Below are positions 1 to 13,300 of a stretch of 64,000 nt of DNA, piece after piece. Origin of the DNA: the human T2T-CHM13v2.0 reference genome, Homo sapiens. The position numbers were made by a program, and so were the translations under genes. The notes under the pieces were generated by a model. It was not told the DNA's origin. It saw only the letters and a program-made list of their open reading frames with translations, and searched no databases. Each line of letters opens with the position of its first letter. Within the stretch, counting starts at the first letter, position 1. The DNA lies in NCBI RefSeq assembly GCF_009914755.1, contig NC_060926.1; one strand, 5' to 3'.

Positions 1-1594
1 CGGTTCTAGTTTGCACCCTTTGCAAGCATCACTGTGGGTAGCAGTGGGATTGTTCACTGCTGCATCTACATCTTTACTGCAACACAAGTCTCTTCTTGAA
101 CTACAAAATTTCTTATGAGAAAAGAATATTCACATTATTTGAATGAGACCAGGTGTGCTAGGTTCAAGACCTCAAGCCCCAGAAAGATGAGTTAAATCTT
201 GAAGGAAATGGCATTTCACATGTGTGAAATCCAGATGCTTTGATTTAGACAAGATATAAAAACAAAAAAGTTGATGGCATTTCTGCCCCTGAAAGATTTA
301 GACTGATAGATGAGATTTGTCCAGCTTCAGAAACAAAAGATGATGAATAATACCTAAGACCTTGTATTTTAAAGTTTGATGTTTAAATTTTAAAAAGACA
401 TCTCATTAAAAAAAGAACATTGAGGTTTTAAATCAGATTTAAATGTTAATTTTAAGCAGTGAAATGGTGAAAAGTTTATAAGATAAAACAAATTCCAAAG
501 AAATAGTATTTTTAAAAATTTATTTTTACCCACTAAACTGAGAGAACTCATTAACTATTGAAAAGATTTGTGTATTTTGTTCCTTTATCTAAAGTTGTAT
601 TCTCCCAAATTACTGAGCATCTGTAGGAGAATCATATTTTCTGTTTCTGTGTCCCCTTGGCTGGTGAATCTCAATGCTGGGTTTCTAAAAGCTGCTAAAT
701 AAAACCTTAGTAGAATCATAAACATCTGTGTCCTAGGAGATTGCTGCATCCCGGTCTCCCTCAGACCAAGTGCTCCCTCTTGGCTTCCTGGGAGTGGGAT
801 TTTTCGTGCTGGGAGGGGTAGTCTTCTAGAATTTCTCATCCACTTCAACTCTCTGTTCTAAAAGCTCTATTCCAAGCAAGGCCTTCCAAGAGGGCTGCGA
901 GTCCTTCACTCTACCTATCTCCCGACTGGAGGTGGAAGCTCTACCTCAGATAATGATAACTGAGAAATGTTGGCCCCCAGTTTTCCTTGCCCCAGTTCCT
1001 TCACAGGGACAGTAAAAGAAAACCCTAGTAAAACCACGTCATTCCAGGGTGACCATATGCCTGCCCAAGGCTAAGTCCTCCGAGGAGGAACATTCAGAGA
1101 CAACACTGTGGAGGAAACAGATTTCACTGAAATCATTTGGTGATGACATTAGACAAGTAAGAAAAACAAACAAGAATAACAGGATGCCTTGTGGGGAGGA
1201 AGAATCAGTATCTAGACAGTATCAATATCAGTATTTAGAAAATACATTTTCTAAAATATCCCGTTTTTAACTAAAAATTTTGAGATATGATAGAAAATAA
1301 GAAAATGTGACCCATATGTAGGTAATTAAAAGAAGAAATTGCCTGTGAGAGGACCCATTGTTGGACTTAGGAGATAAAGTCTCAAATGAGCTATTATTAA
1401 TATATTCAAAGAACTAAATAAAATAATGCTTAAAGATGACGTATAATGACCATGTCCCTTTAAATAGAGAATATTAAGAAATCATATACTTTTAAATGAA
1501 AATTCTGGAGTTGAAAAGTACAATAGTATAAATGAGATATTCACTAGAGGAGCTCAAGAGTTGTCATGATCTGACATTAAGAAAAAATCAGCAC

Positions 1595-1903
<309 letters not shown>

Positions 1904-2888
1904 TTAATAAAGATTATGCAATTGGAATAAAGAAAAAATAAAAATGAACACAGCCTGAGAGAAATATGGGACACATTCAAATGCACTAACATATGGTTAA
2001 TGGGAGTTCCAGAAAAAGAGGTAAGAAAAAGAAGGGAGCAGAAAAGTACGCAAAGAAATGATGTTTTTAAACTCCCCATGGTGAAAAACATTAATATGCA
2101 CATCCAAGAAGTTCAAATGATTTAAAGTAGGACTAACTAAAGAAAGCCACATTCAGACCCATCACAGTAAAAATATTGAAAGATAAAGACAAAAAGAAAA
2201 TCTTGAAAACAGCAAGAGAAAAATTACTTGTCATGTACAAGGAAAATTCAACAGGATTAACAGCTGAATTCTTCTTGTCAGAGGCAATGAAGGCCAGAGG
2301 CAGTGGGATAACATATTCAAATTGCCAAAGAAGAAAAAAACTTTCAACCAAGAATCTTGTATCTGTCAAAATTATCTATAAAAATGAGGTGAAAGAAATA
2401 TGTTTTCAAATAAAGAAAAACAGAGAATTCATTCCTAGCACATGTGCCTTACAGAAATAATACAGGAAGATATTCAGAACATAAGGAAGTGACCCAGAGA
2501 GTAATTCTAATCCAAGTGAAAAATCAAAAAGCAATAGCAATAGTAATTACAATAGGCAGTGTCATTGGATATGTACTTCCCTTTTTTCTCTGAACTGATT
2601 TATCAAGCAATTATTATTGTGTCTGACATATACAAAGGTAATATACTTACTTGACAATAACATTATTGATATAAATGACGAAAAGTGATTCAGAAAGAAA
2701 TAGAAAATCTCAATAAATCTAAATAAGGAAAGCGATTAAATTAGCAATATATTTTTTAAGTTTGCATAAGGAAAACTGAAGACACAGATAGCTTCGCTGG
2801 TGATTTCTATCAATTATTAAAAGAAAATTTAAATACCTGGCTATCAAAACCAGATAAATATACCACAAAAAAGAAAACTAAAGATTGA

Positions 2889-3231
<343 letters not shown>

Positions 3232-4239
3232 CTAGCAAAACAACTCCAGCAACATATAAAAAGGATCATCCACTATTGCCAAGTAGAGTTTATCCCAGGA
3301 ATGTAAAGTTGGTTTAAAAGCCAAAACTCAATTAATGTAATACACCATAGAAGAACAAAGGACAGAAAACACATGATCATCTCAATAGACACAGAAAACA
3401 TTTTTGGAAAAAATTCAACACACTTTCATGATATGGACATCAATGGACTGGGTTTAGAAATGTTCTCAGCTTGCTAAAGGGATCTATGAAAGATAGAAGC
3501 ATCATCTCTAATGGCAAAATACAGAATGTTTCCCCCTGAGATCAGGAATAAGATAAGGACTTTCACTGTTGCTACTTTACTCAATATTTTACTGGACGTT
3601 CTGGCCAAGTCAAATATATAAGAAAAAAATAAAATGTATCCATATTCTAAAAATAGAAGTAAAGCTATCCCTACTTGTATGTGAGAAGTATATAATTTTG
3701 TATACAGAAAATATAAGATAATTCACAAAAAAATAGAAATAACGAATGAGTTTTGCAAAATTTCTTACATAGAGAAAGTCTTAAATAATGCACTGAATCA
3801 CTATTAGAATTAATAAATGAATCCAGGAAAGAAACAATAAGTGGGCTTAGTAAATTTAGCAATTAATGTATAATTATATTTCTTTGCACCAACAATGAAC
3901 AATCCAAAAATGATATGAAACAATTCTATTTATAATAGCATGAAAAGGAGTGGAATACTTGAGGATAATTTTACCAAAAGAAGTACAAGACTAGTACTTT
4001 GAAAAGCATGAAACGTTATTGAAAGAAATTAAAGATGTAAATAAATGGATTAGAATATTTAATAATGTTTAGATAGCAATACTCTCCAAATTGATCTACA
4101 GATTTAATACAATCTCTATCAGAATCCCAGCTGGCTTAGGTTTTTTTTCTTTGCAGATATTGACAAGATGATCCTGAAAGTCATATTTCAAATTCAATTC
4201 AAGAAGCACGTACTCAAAATAATCTTGAAAAAAGGATAT

Positions 4240-5582
4240 CAAATGGGAGTATTTGGATGTCAGCAAACGGCAGACTATGAAGTTCCTAGCTTTTGTGCTT
4301 ACACAGAAATATATATTTTTAGGGACATGGATGAAGCTGGAAACCATCATTCTCAGCAAACTAACACAGGAACAGAAAACCAAACACCGCATGTTCTCAC
4401 TCATAAGTGGGAGTTGAACAATGAGAACATATGGACACAGGAGGGAAACATCACATGCCGGGGCCTGTAGGGGGGTGGGGGAAAAGGGGAGGGGAAAGGG
4501 AAGGGATAGCATTAGGAGAAATACCTAATGTAGATGATGGGTTGATGGGTGCAGCAAACCACCAGGCACATGTATACCTATGTAACAAACCTGCACTTTC
4601 TGCACATGTATCCCAGAACTTAAAGTATATTTTAAAAAAAGAAAAAAAATGTTTTAAGAGTTGTCAGTACTGACTCTGAAAAATTTAGTCAAAGGTATAC
4701 AGCAACTTAGAAAACACCCCGTGAACAAAACCCATGTTCAAAACTGGAAGAAAGTTATAAGGCATTTTACCACCCCTGCTCCATTTCCCTCCCCAGTGCA
4801 TGGTGGTGGTTTTGGTCTTGAGCAGTGGTAGCTTAGTTCTAGACTCCTCCCTGGAACTGGAGGAAAAAGAGAGGTCCTAAATTGCAAATTTGTGCATATG
4901 TCTATTCTAAACTGTCTAACCTATCTGGGAGCTACCTGAAGGACTACTCACTGGTCTCTATCTCATATAACTTAGAATACAGGCAGAAAAATTGCTGGTG
5001 CTTCTTATAAAAGCTACATGGTACTAGAAACCCACAGACTTCTAGGACAAGAAAGTATGGGTGGAGACATATAGTAGATCATCTAAGGTCCAGAGGAGAA
5101 GCTTGCATGAGACTCTTTGGGAATTGAGGACATTTAAAACAGCCATGGAAATAGGAGACTTTAGAATGCAGTGGGCCTGCCCAGATAACACATAGACTAC
5201 TCAGAAAAAAATTGATATAATCTTAAACTAACACCTTGGGCTAATTCCTAGGCTTAGAGCTAGCTAGCTAATCAGTGAAGGACTACCCCAGTACAGAACA
5301 AATATTCATCATATGGTTCCTCTCATATGAAGTACCTAGAGTGGTCACAATTGTAGAGAAAGAAAGAATAGCAGTTAGCAGTGGCTGGAGGGAGAGGAGA
5401 CTGGAAGTTATTGTTTAACGGGTACTGAGTTTCTGCTGGAGATAGGTATAAAAGTTATGGAACTGTATAATGGTGATGGTTGCACAACATTGTGAATGCA
5501 CCTAATGCCACTGAATTATACACTTTAAATTGGTTAAAATGGCAAATTGTATTTATGTATATTTTACCACAATAAAAATTTA
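4240..5582 (+). mobile_element. Internally deleted L1M/L1MB (5'UTR-like part joined to a 3' end) inserted into host L1 ORF2
   Basis: Starts with L1M 5'-type gatgtcagcaaacggcag; 5300-5580 is an L1MB-like 3' end (ggtgatggttgcacaacattgtgaatg...ttttaccacaataaaaa); host ORF2 resumes at ~5590. Confidence 0.6.
4321..4649 (+). mobile_element. L1PA (approx. PA7/8) 3' end, 5'-truncated
   Basis: gggacatggatgaagctggaaaccatcattctcagcaaactaac...cccagaacttaaagtata followed by an A-rich tail. Confidence 0.92.
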
Positions 5583-5872
5583 TTGAGAAAAATGTTGGAG
5601 AACGCATACTTCCCAATTGATGAAACTTATTGCAAAGCTGTCATAATCCAGATATTGTGCTGTCAGCATAAGGGTAGACATATGAAACAACGAACTATTA
5701 TTGAAAATCCAGAAGTAAGTATTTAAATGTATGGTTAACTGAATTTTTTCTATAAATATAAGTGCTAAAACTAAAAGACTGTAAGTAGAAATCATAACCG
5801 CATATATTCATGACCTTGAGTTAGGCAGAGCCATCTTAGTGAAGATAATAAAATCACACATGAAAAGGGTGA

Positions 5873-6290
5873 TGATATTGTTTGTATGTTAGTCGCTCCA
5901 AAACTCATGTTGAAATACGATTCCTACTGTTAGGGGTGGGTCCTGGTAGAAGATGCGTGGATCATGGGGGCAGATCCCTCATAAATGGTTTAGCACCATC
6001 ACCATCTCCTTGGTGGGGAGGGGGTTCTCACTCTGATAGTTGACACCAGATCTGTTTAGAACTAGAGTCTGGCACCTCACTCCCACTCTTGTTCCTGCTT
6101 TTGCCATGTGACATGCTTGTTTCCCCTTTGCCTTCCATTGTGATTGGAAGCTTCCTGAGGCCTCACCAGGAGCAGATGCCAGTGCCATGCTTGTACAACT
6201 GCAGAACTGTAAATCAATTCAACCTATTTTCTTTATAAATTACCCAGCCTCAGGTATTTCTTTATAGAAATGCAAAAACGGGCTAACAGA
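5873..6290 (+). mobile_element. MaLR solo LTR (MSTB-like)
   Basis: tgatatt...ctcatgttgaaat...ataaattacccagcctcaggtatttctttatag...ctaacaga; 5-bp TSD ggtga. Confidence 0.88.
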
Positions 6291-7664
6291 GGTGAGTAAA
6301 TACATATATAAAGTTAAAAAAAAAAACTTTTGTGCTGTAAATGATACCTTTCAAGAAAATTTTTTAAAACTCAGAGGGTAATATATGAAAATCAAATATG
6401 TCATAAACAACTTCAACCTATAATATATAAAGAATACTTACAATTCAATAACAAAATAAATAACCCAATTAAAAATGAGCAAAGGATACAAATTAACATT
6501 TCTCTAAAGAAGACATACAAATGGCGAATAAGCACACAAAAAGATGCTGAATATCATTATGCATTAGAAGAATGCAAATCAAAGCTCCAGTGAGGTACCA
6601 CTTCACATCCACTAAGATGGTTAAAATTTAAAAAGACAAAATATTATGTGTTGACAATAATTTGGAGAAATCTGACCCTCACATACTACTGGTGTGATAG
6701 TAAAATAGTGCAACCATTGTTAAACATAGATTTGTAGTATGACCCAGCAATTCCACTCCTAGGTATGTACCCAAGAGAAATAGAGGCATATGTCCACACT
6801 AAAATGTGTACAGGACATTTTACATAATAGCCAAAAATTGGAAGAAGGGAAAATATCCATCAACTTAAGAATTAGTAAATGCCATGGGCTATATCCATAC
6901 AATTGCGTATTACCTAGCAACTAAAAAAAGAGTAAAGTGCATTCTCTTGAACACATGACACAAAATGGATGAATCTTGAACACATTTTCTAAATGGCAAG
7001 AAGCCAGTCACAAAAGAAAACACATTGTGTGATTCCATTTCTATGAATGTTCAGAATAGTTAAATCTATAGGGAACGAAGGTTAGTGGTTGCCTAGGATG
7101 CAGAAGTTTGAGGGGAAAATGCAGAATGAATGCTAACTGGTATAATATTACTTTTTAAAGTGATGAAAATATTCTAAAATTGATCATGGTCATGTTTGTA
7201 TAACTGTGAGTATAACTGAAATTATTAAATAGTACACTTAAATGTATGGGTTGTGTGGTATATGAATTACATCTCAAAAAAATCTTAGAAATTATCTATA
7301 AGTTCACTGCTCTCTAGAAAGGAAGGAGATAAAGTTTTCTTCTTTTCAGTTTTTCCCAATTTTTAAAAACTTTAAATGAATTTGCTCAACTATTAACTAT
7401 AACTTGCAGGGCAGTGGTGAGAGTTAAATAACAGAATGCATGTGTAGCTCTTCCAAAGCCTAGAGCTCAATGGTTGCTGATAAGTAATAGCTTCTGTAAC
7501 AACACCACAATTTTCACAGATCTGGAGGGTGCAAGGAGGAGCCATGGGAGAGTGAGAAAAAATTTCCATAGGTTCCCCAACATAAGCAAATTTCCACCAA
7601 GAGCAAAGAGCCTTCTAGAGTTTCCTCAGGAATTTAAAGGGGTGTTTTTCTAAACCCTCACTAA

Positions 7665-8880
7665 AATAGATATTTGGATTAACCATTTCTCCAACAAAGA
7701 TGTACACATGGCTAGCAAGCACATGAAAAGAATCTCAACATTTTAGTCATTAGGGAAATGCAAATCAAAACCACAATGAAACATGACTTCATACCCTCCA
7801 GGATAGCTGTAATAAGAAAAGAAAGTAAAGAACAAATGTGGACAAAAGTGAAGAAATTGTAATCCTCATATACTGCTAATGGGAATGTGAAATGGTGTAG
7901 CTTCTCTGGAAAAAAATGTTTAATTAATATCTAGAATTACAGTAAAAACCAGCAGTGGCAACTCCTCAATAAGTTATATATGGAATCAGAATGTGACCCA
8001 GCAATTTCACTCCTAGGTATACAGCCCAAAAAATTGAAAACAGGTGTCAAAGGAAAACTTGAACACAGATGTTCATAGAAACATTGTTCACAATAGCTGA
8101 TGCTGGAAAAAACAACCAAAGTGTCCTTCAACTGATGGCAAACAAAATGTGTTCTCTCCATACAATGAAGTAGTATTCATCCACAAAAAAGATGCAGTAC
8201 TATAATAGTCAAGGTTCTCCAGCAAAACAGAGTCAATAGCATGTGTATACAGAAAGAAATTGATTTTGAAGTATGCGATTGTGGCGTATGCGATTGTGGA
8301 GTCTGGGAAATTCAAAATTTTTAGGGCAGGCTGTCGCGGGATGAGTTGATGTTACAGCTGAAGTCTGAAGGCAGTTTCTGACAGAATTCCTTCTTTGGGT
8401 GGTGGGGGAGGCTCACTCTTTTTACTGAGGTTTTCAACTGATTGGATGAGACCCAGCCACTTCCTAGATGGTAATCTGTTCTACTCAAAGTCTATTGACT
8501 TAAATACTAATCTTACCTAAAAATATCGTCACAGCAACATGCATGCAGATGTGTTTTGAATCGGCACTTAAAATTAACCATCACGTGTGTGGATACATGC
8601 CACAGTATGGATGAACCTTGATGATATTATGCTAATTAAAAGAAAGCAGACACAAAAGGTATTGGATGATTCCACTTATTTGAAATATACAGAATAGGCA
8701 AATCCATAGATACAGAAAGCAAAGTAGTGATTGCTAAGGAAATGGAGAGCGACTGCTCACAGGTACAGGGCTTCGTTTTGAAGAGATGAAAATGTTCTGG
8801 AACTAGATAGTGGTGATATTTGTACAACATATGAACGTATTAAAGACCACTAAATTGTACACGTTAAAATGGTCAAAACC
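7665..8880 (+). mobile_element. L1MB-type 3' fragment, interrupted by an MLT2 LTR; its last ~50 bp lie at ~10140-10195
   Basis: gggaaatgcaaatcaaaaccacaatga, gacccagcaatttcactcctaggtat, gatgaaaatgttctggaactagatagtggtgat. Confidence 0.82.
8201..8584 (-). mobile_element. MLT2 (ERVL) solo LTR
   Basis: Ends resemble MLT2 termini: tagtcaaggttctccagcaaaacaga and aaaattaaccatcac. Confidence 0.8.
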
Positions 8881-10140
8881 ACAATGCGGCACCAGTTCAC
8901 ACCCCTTGGCATGGCTATTATGAAATAAAAAATAACAAAATAACAAATGTTAGTGAGGATGTGAAGAAATTGAAGCCCTTGTGCATTGCTGGTAAGAATG
9001 TGAAATGGTGCACCTGCTGTAGATAACAGTGTATTTTCCACACACTGAAACAGTGATTTTTCTCAAAAAATTGAAGATAGAATTACCTTATGACCCAGCA
9101 ATTCCACTTCTTGTTATATATTCAAAAGAAGTGAAAGCAGATGCTGAAATAGATATGCGTATACCCATTTCATAGCAGCATCATTCATAAGAGCCAAAAG
9201 GTGAAAGCAACTCAAGTGTCCATTGACAAATGAATGGATAAACAAAATGTGGTATATATATAATGCCCCTAGTCTCTCTTTAGTGAAAACTCTCAGACCT
9301 TCTTGCTGTCCTTCCCAACCCTTTCAGCTGGCCAGAATCAAAGTGAAGTTCCCTTCCAACTGAACTCTAGAAGTACTTTCCTAGTCAGTTGCTTTGGTTT
9401 CCATTCTTTCTATTTCCAATTCTTCCTGAATACCACAATAATAACAGCTAACATTTATGAAGCACTTACAGCTGACAGGACTGTTCTATGAGCTTCCAGT
9501 GATCATTCAGTCCTCTCAACAGCCCTTTGAGGTAGATGTTTTTATTCATTTTATTGTACATATGACTGTATGGAGGCACACAGAATTTTAGTAAATTGCC
9601 CAAGCTCAAGCTCACAAGGATAGTAAGAGGCAAGGCTGGGATTCAAATCTAAACAGTCCAGTTCACCTGATCATGAAACATTTAACATCAGCCTTCCTCT
9701 AGTTTGACTTTCTTCAGACCTGTCTTCTACTGAAGAACCCTCTGTGGTTCCCTACTGCCTGGGGATGGCCACCATGAAATACTGTTTAGCCTTAAAAAGG
9801 AAGGCTAAACACACGCTACAACATGGAAGAACTTTGAAGATGTTATGCTAAGTAAAAAAGACGATATTGTTTGATTCCACTTATATTAGGTACCTGGAAT
9901 AAGACCAGTCATAGAGACAGAAAGAATAGGTGTTTCCAGTGGCTTGCGGAAGGGAGAAACAGGAAGGTAGGAATTAATGGGTGTACAGTTTCACCTGGGG
10001 AAGATAAAAAGTTCTTAAAATGGATGGTGGTAATGGTTGCACAATGAATGAGAATTAATTTAATGCCACAAAACAGTATACCTAAAAATGGTTACAATGG
10101 CAAATTTTATGCTATGTTTATTTTACCACAATAAAAAGAT
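8872..10140 (+). mobile_element. L1MB 3' fragment nested in the previous L1, split by a 507-bp inverted duplicate at 9261-9767
   Basis: L1 text aacaaaatgtggtatatata (to 9260) resumes as accatgaaatactgtttagccttaaaaaggaagg (from 9771); ends ttttaccacaataaaaa. Confidence 0.85.
9261..9767 (-). repeat. Inverted repeat arm A (derived copy of 11051-11556; contains a MIR)
   Basis: Reverse complement of 11051-11556; the mirrored near-identical ORFs 9303..9491(+) and 11326..11514(-) confirm it. Confidence 0.97.
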
Positions 10141-10244
10141 GTTTAAAATGCTGAATTTTATGTCATGTGTATTTTACGTCTCCCACCAAAAAAACCAAAA
10201 GTGACATGAAACATCATTGAGCAATGCTTGTCTTTGAAAAGCAG

Positions 10245-10380
10245 TGGCTCAGAGAGCAAGAAGCACCTGGGGATGTCCAGACAATTTGGTATTCAAGTCT
10301 TGGCTCTCTATTCATCTCCTTCAGCAAGTCAAGTATAGTTTCACAGACTCAGTGCCATCATCTGTAAAATATGGATATGG
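10245..10380 (+). mobile_element. MIR fragment
   Basis: Core ctcagtgccatcatctgtaaaatatggat. Confidence 0.6.
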
Positions 10381-10589
10381 CCTGTTTGTGCACCTCGGGC
10401 CAGCCGTGAACCACCCATCATAAAAGGCAACGATGACAGCTACGTCTGCTGCAGATGATCATTGCCATCATCATCGCCACAGCATCACTGTCGCCATCAT
10501 CTTTGCCACTGCGGTGCTGTCACCACTGTGAACTCCAAGTGATAAGGTATGACATCACATGAGTGTCAGGTGATACATTCTACAGTAGC

Positions 10590-11090
10590 TCACGATTTAT
10601 TCAGCACACACATTCTGAGTGCCTCCTCTCCACTAGACACATGATGGGGAGAGTCTAGTTTGAGAAAGACGGATGTAAAAAAAAAGGTAAGTGGCTAAAT
10701 TGCTGGGATGAGTGGATGTGACACTATGAGGGCAAAACAAAAAGGACTATCTATTTTTTCAGGTACCAGGGGATTTCAGAAAAGGACAATGTTGATGTGA
10801 GCTGGGATTGTCAAAGGTGATTTCAAGAAGAAGGCAGAAGGAAACTGTGCCCGATGGGAGAGAGGAGAGGAAACAAACTAGCTAATGAAGGTGCCAGCAA
10901 GAGTGAGAGTCTGAGGTTGGGCCCGGAGGCCAGACTGCATCACATGAGGTCAGGGCCCTGGCTGTGGGGAGGGATTCAGACAGGGCACATGGACACAGGC
11001 TAGGAGCAGATGGCTGGCCCAGGTGTAGAGAGCCAACAAGGCCACCGAGACATCTGCAGGCAGTAGGGAGCCATGGAGGGTTCTTCAGTA
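10590..11090 (-). mobile_element. L2 fragment
   Basis: ttattcagcacacacattctgagtgcctcct...ggcagtagggagccatggagggtt, typical of the L2 3' region in reverse. Confidence 0.6.
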
Positions 11091-11556
11091 GAAGACAGGC
11101 CTGAAGAAAGTCAAACTAGAGGAAAGCTAATGTTAAATGTTTCATGATCAGGAGCACTGGACTATTTAGATTTGAATCCCAGCTCTGCCTCTACTTACTA
11201 TCCCTGTGAGCTTGGGCAATTTACTAAAATTCTGTGTGCCTCCATACAGTCATATGTACAATAAAATGAATAAAAACGTCTACCTCAAAGGGCTGTTGAG
11301 AGGACTGAGATGATACATTGGAAGCTCATAGAACAGTCCTGTCAGCTGTAAGTGCTTCATAAATGTTAGCTGTTATTATTGTGGTATTCAAGAAGAATTG
11401 GAAATAGAAAGAATGGAAACCAAAGCAACTGCCTAGGAAATTATTTCTAGAGTTCAGTTGGAAGGGATCTGCACTTTGATTCTGGCCATCTGAAAGGGTT
11501 GGGAAGGAGAGCAAGAAGGCCTGGCAGTTTTTAGTAAAGAGAGACTAGGGGCATTA
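11051..11556 (+). repeat. Inverted repeat arm B (likely source copy; L2 end, MIR and unique DNA)
   Basis: Reverse complement of 9261-9767; continuous with the upstream L2 relic. Confidence 0.97.
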
Positions 11557-11591
11557 TTTCTTCTTTCTCATTTATTTGCCCCATCTCTTTT

Positions 11592-11897
11592 ATTTCTTTT
11601 CTTTTTTTTTTTTTTTTTGAGACGGAATCTTGCTCTTTCATCCAGGCTAGTGTGCAGTGGCATGATCTCGGCTCACTACAACCTCCACCTCCCGGGTTCA
11701 AACGATTCTCCTGTCTCAGCCTCCTGAGTAGCTGGACTACAGGCGCCTGCCACCATGCCCAGCTAGTTTTTGTATTTTTAGTAGAGACGGGATTTCACCA
11801 TGTTTGTCAGGCTGGTCTCGAACTCCTGACCTTGTGATCTGCCCGCCTGGGTGTCCCAAAGTGCTGGGATTACAGGCGTGAGCCACCGTGCCCAGCC
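11592..11897 (-). mobile_element. AluS (Sg/Sc-like)
   Basis: Poly-T then Alu reverse complement; TSD catctcttt(t)attt. Confidence 0.95.
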
Positions 11898-13243
11898 CAT
11901 CTCTTTATTTTCTTGACCACAGTGGCATATCACAGAAGAGAGAGGACGTGTTCCTATTCCTCTGGATTTCTTTTATCTTAGCAGTAAAACATATTGGTAA
12001 CATGTTTGACAAGAAGCAGACTTCCACAGCGGCTGTGCAGGGAGACAAGAGACCTGGGTTCTCACCATGCCATGTCATGCTTTTCCCATGTGACCATGGC
12101 TCCTTCTCAAAAGTCAGGCTGCATCTTCTCCATCTATGAGCGTTGGTTTGTAACAGTACCTACAGCACTCCTTTTCCTGCCACATTGCTTTTAGGAAATG
12201 CTAATAGGAGTGCCAGAAGAGTTCAAGGTTCAAATATATTTATGAAATATTTTAATTGTATTTTCTTCCTGGAAATTTAAAATGAATGTCAGCATATTAA
12301 CAACTTGAGAAATTTCAGCAGAAAAAAAAAAAAAACGCCTGTGGAATTACACATATCCCAACATCTCTCAACCTCACATGAGTATAGAGCTTATATTTAT
12401 TCCACAGAGCCATGTGCCAAGGAGGCACAGGCTGGGAAACCCTGGATGAGGCCCTTCCAAACTTCCCACCACTAACACACCTCTGTAATGTGGTGATGTG
12501 GTTGCAAACGGGCTCTGAGTGCTACAGTGACAGAAGTAGCTCATGTAAGAGTTTTCTCTTACCTCTGCGTGTTGCCCCAGCAAGTGAGGAGCAGACAGCA
12601 TTTAATACTTTCAAAGTGAGAATGCAAGAGTGAGCCCTGGAGGCAAGGCTTAATTGCTGGATTTTGAAAAAGGGAATAAAAGCCCTTCCCTGCGAATGTC
12701 AAATGTATCCTGCAGATATTTTCCCATCATGGAAAGTCTCTGTGTTGGGCAGTTTTCAGAACCTAGACAGACAGGTGAAAGGGGGATCTCTCTAATTTCT
12801 TTTCATTTCCCCAGGTAATAACACTCTTGAGCGACACTCAGCTGCCTCCTCTGCCAGACTATTAACCTGCAGCTCTCTTGCTGAGTTTCCCTGAAGCTCA
12901 GGGAAGGAAGTCCAGAGGACTAGGTGCTTCCCCCGCGCGAAGAGCTGCTACTGATATTACTTTTCCTAACCTTTACTCCAAGAGCTTATTTTTTTAAATG
13001 AGAAATAGGCTGTGAGAGAAAACCTCTCCAAGAAGGTGAAACAAATGGGCTTCATTCAGTCTGGAGGGTGATAAAAGAAAGAGGGTGATAAAATAACTGT
13101 CTGTGAGGGCCAAGAGAGGTTAGGCAGGAGGGAGATGTTTCTTCTCATTAGGAAGTGGAAATGCACTCCTAAGGAATGACTTTAGAGGAAGAAGTATATT
13201 GGAGGTGAAATGTAAAAAGAAAGTGAAAAGATAACAAATATTA

Positions 13244-13300
13244 ATGGAGTGACTGGATGGATGCATGGATGAATAGATGGATGGGTGGATGGATGTGTGG
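13244..13300. repeat. (TGGA)n simple repeat, degenerate
   Basis: tggatggatgcatggatgaatagatggatgggtggatggatg. Confidence 0.85.

Noticed and set aside
9303-11514. Two near-identical 62-aa ORFs on opposite strands suggesting a small gene pair
   Set aside because: They are a by-product of the inverted duplication, start at TTG rather than ATG and run into MIR sequence.
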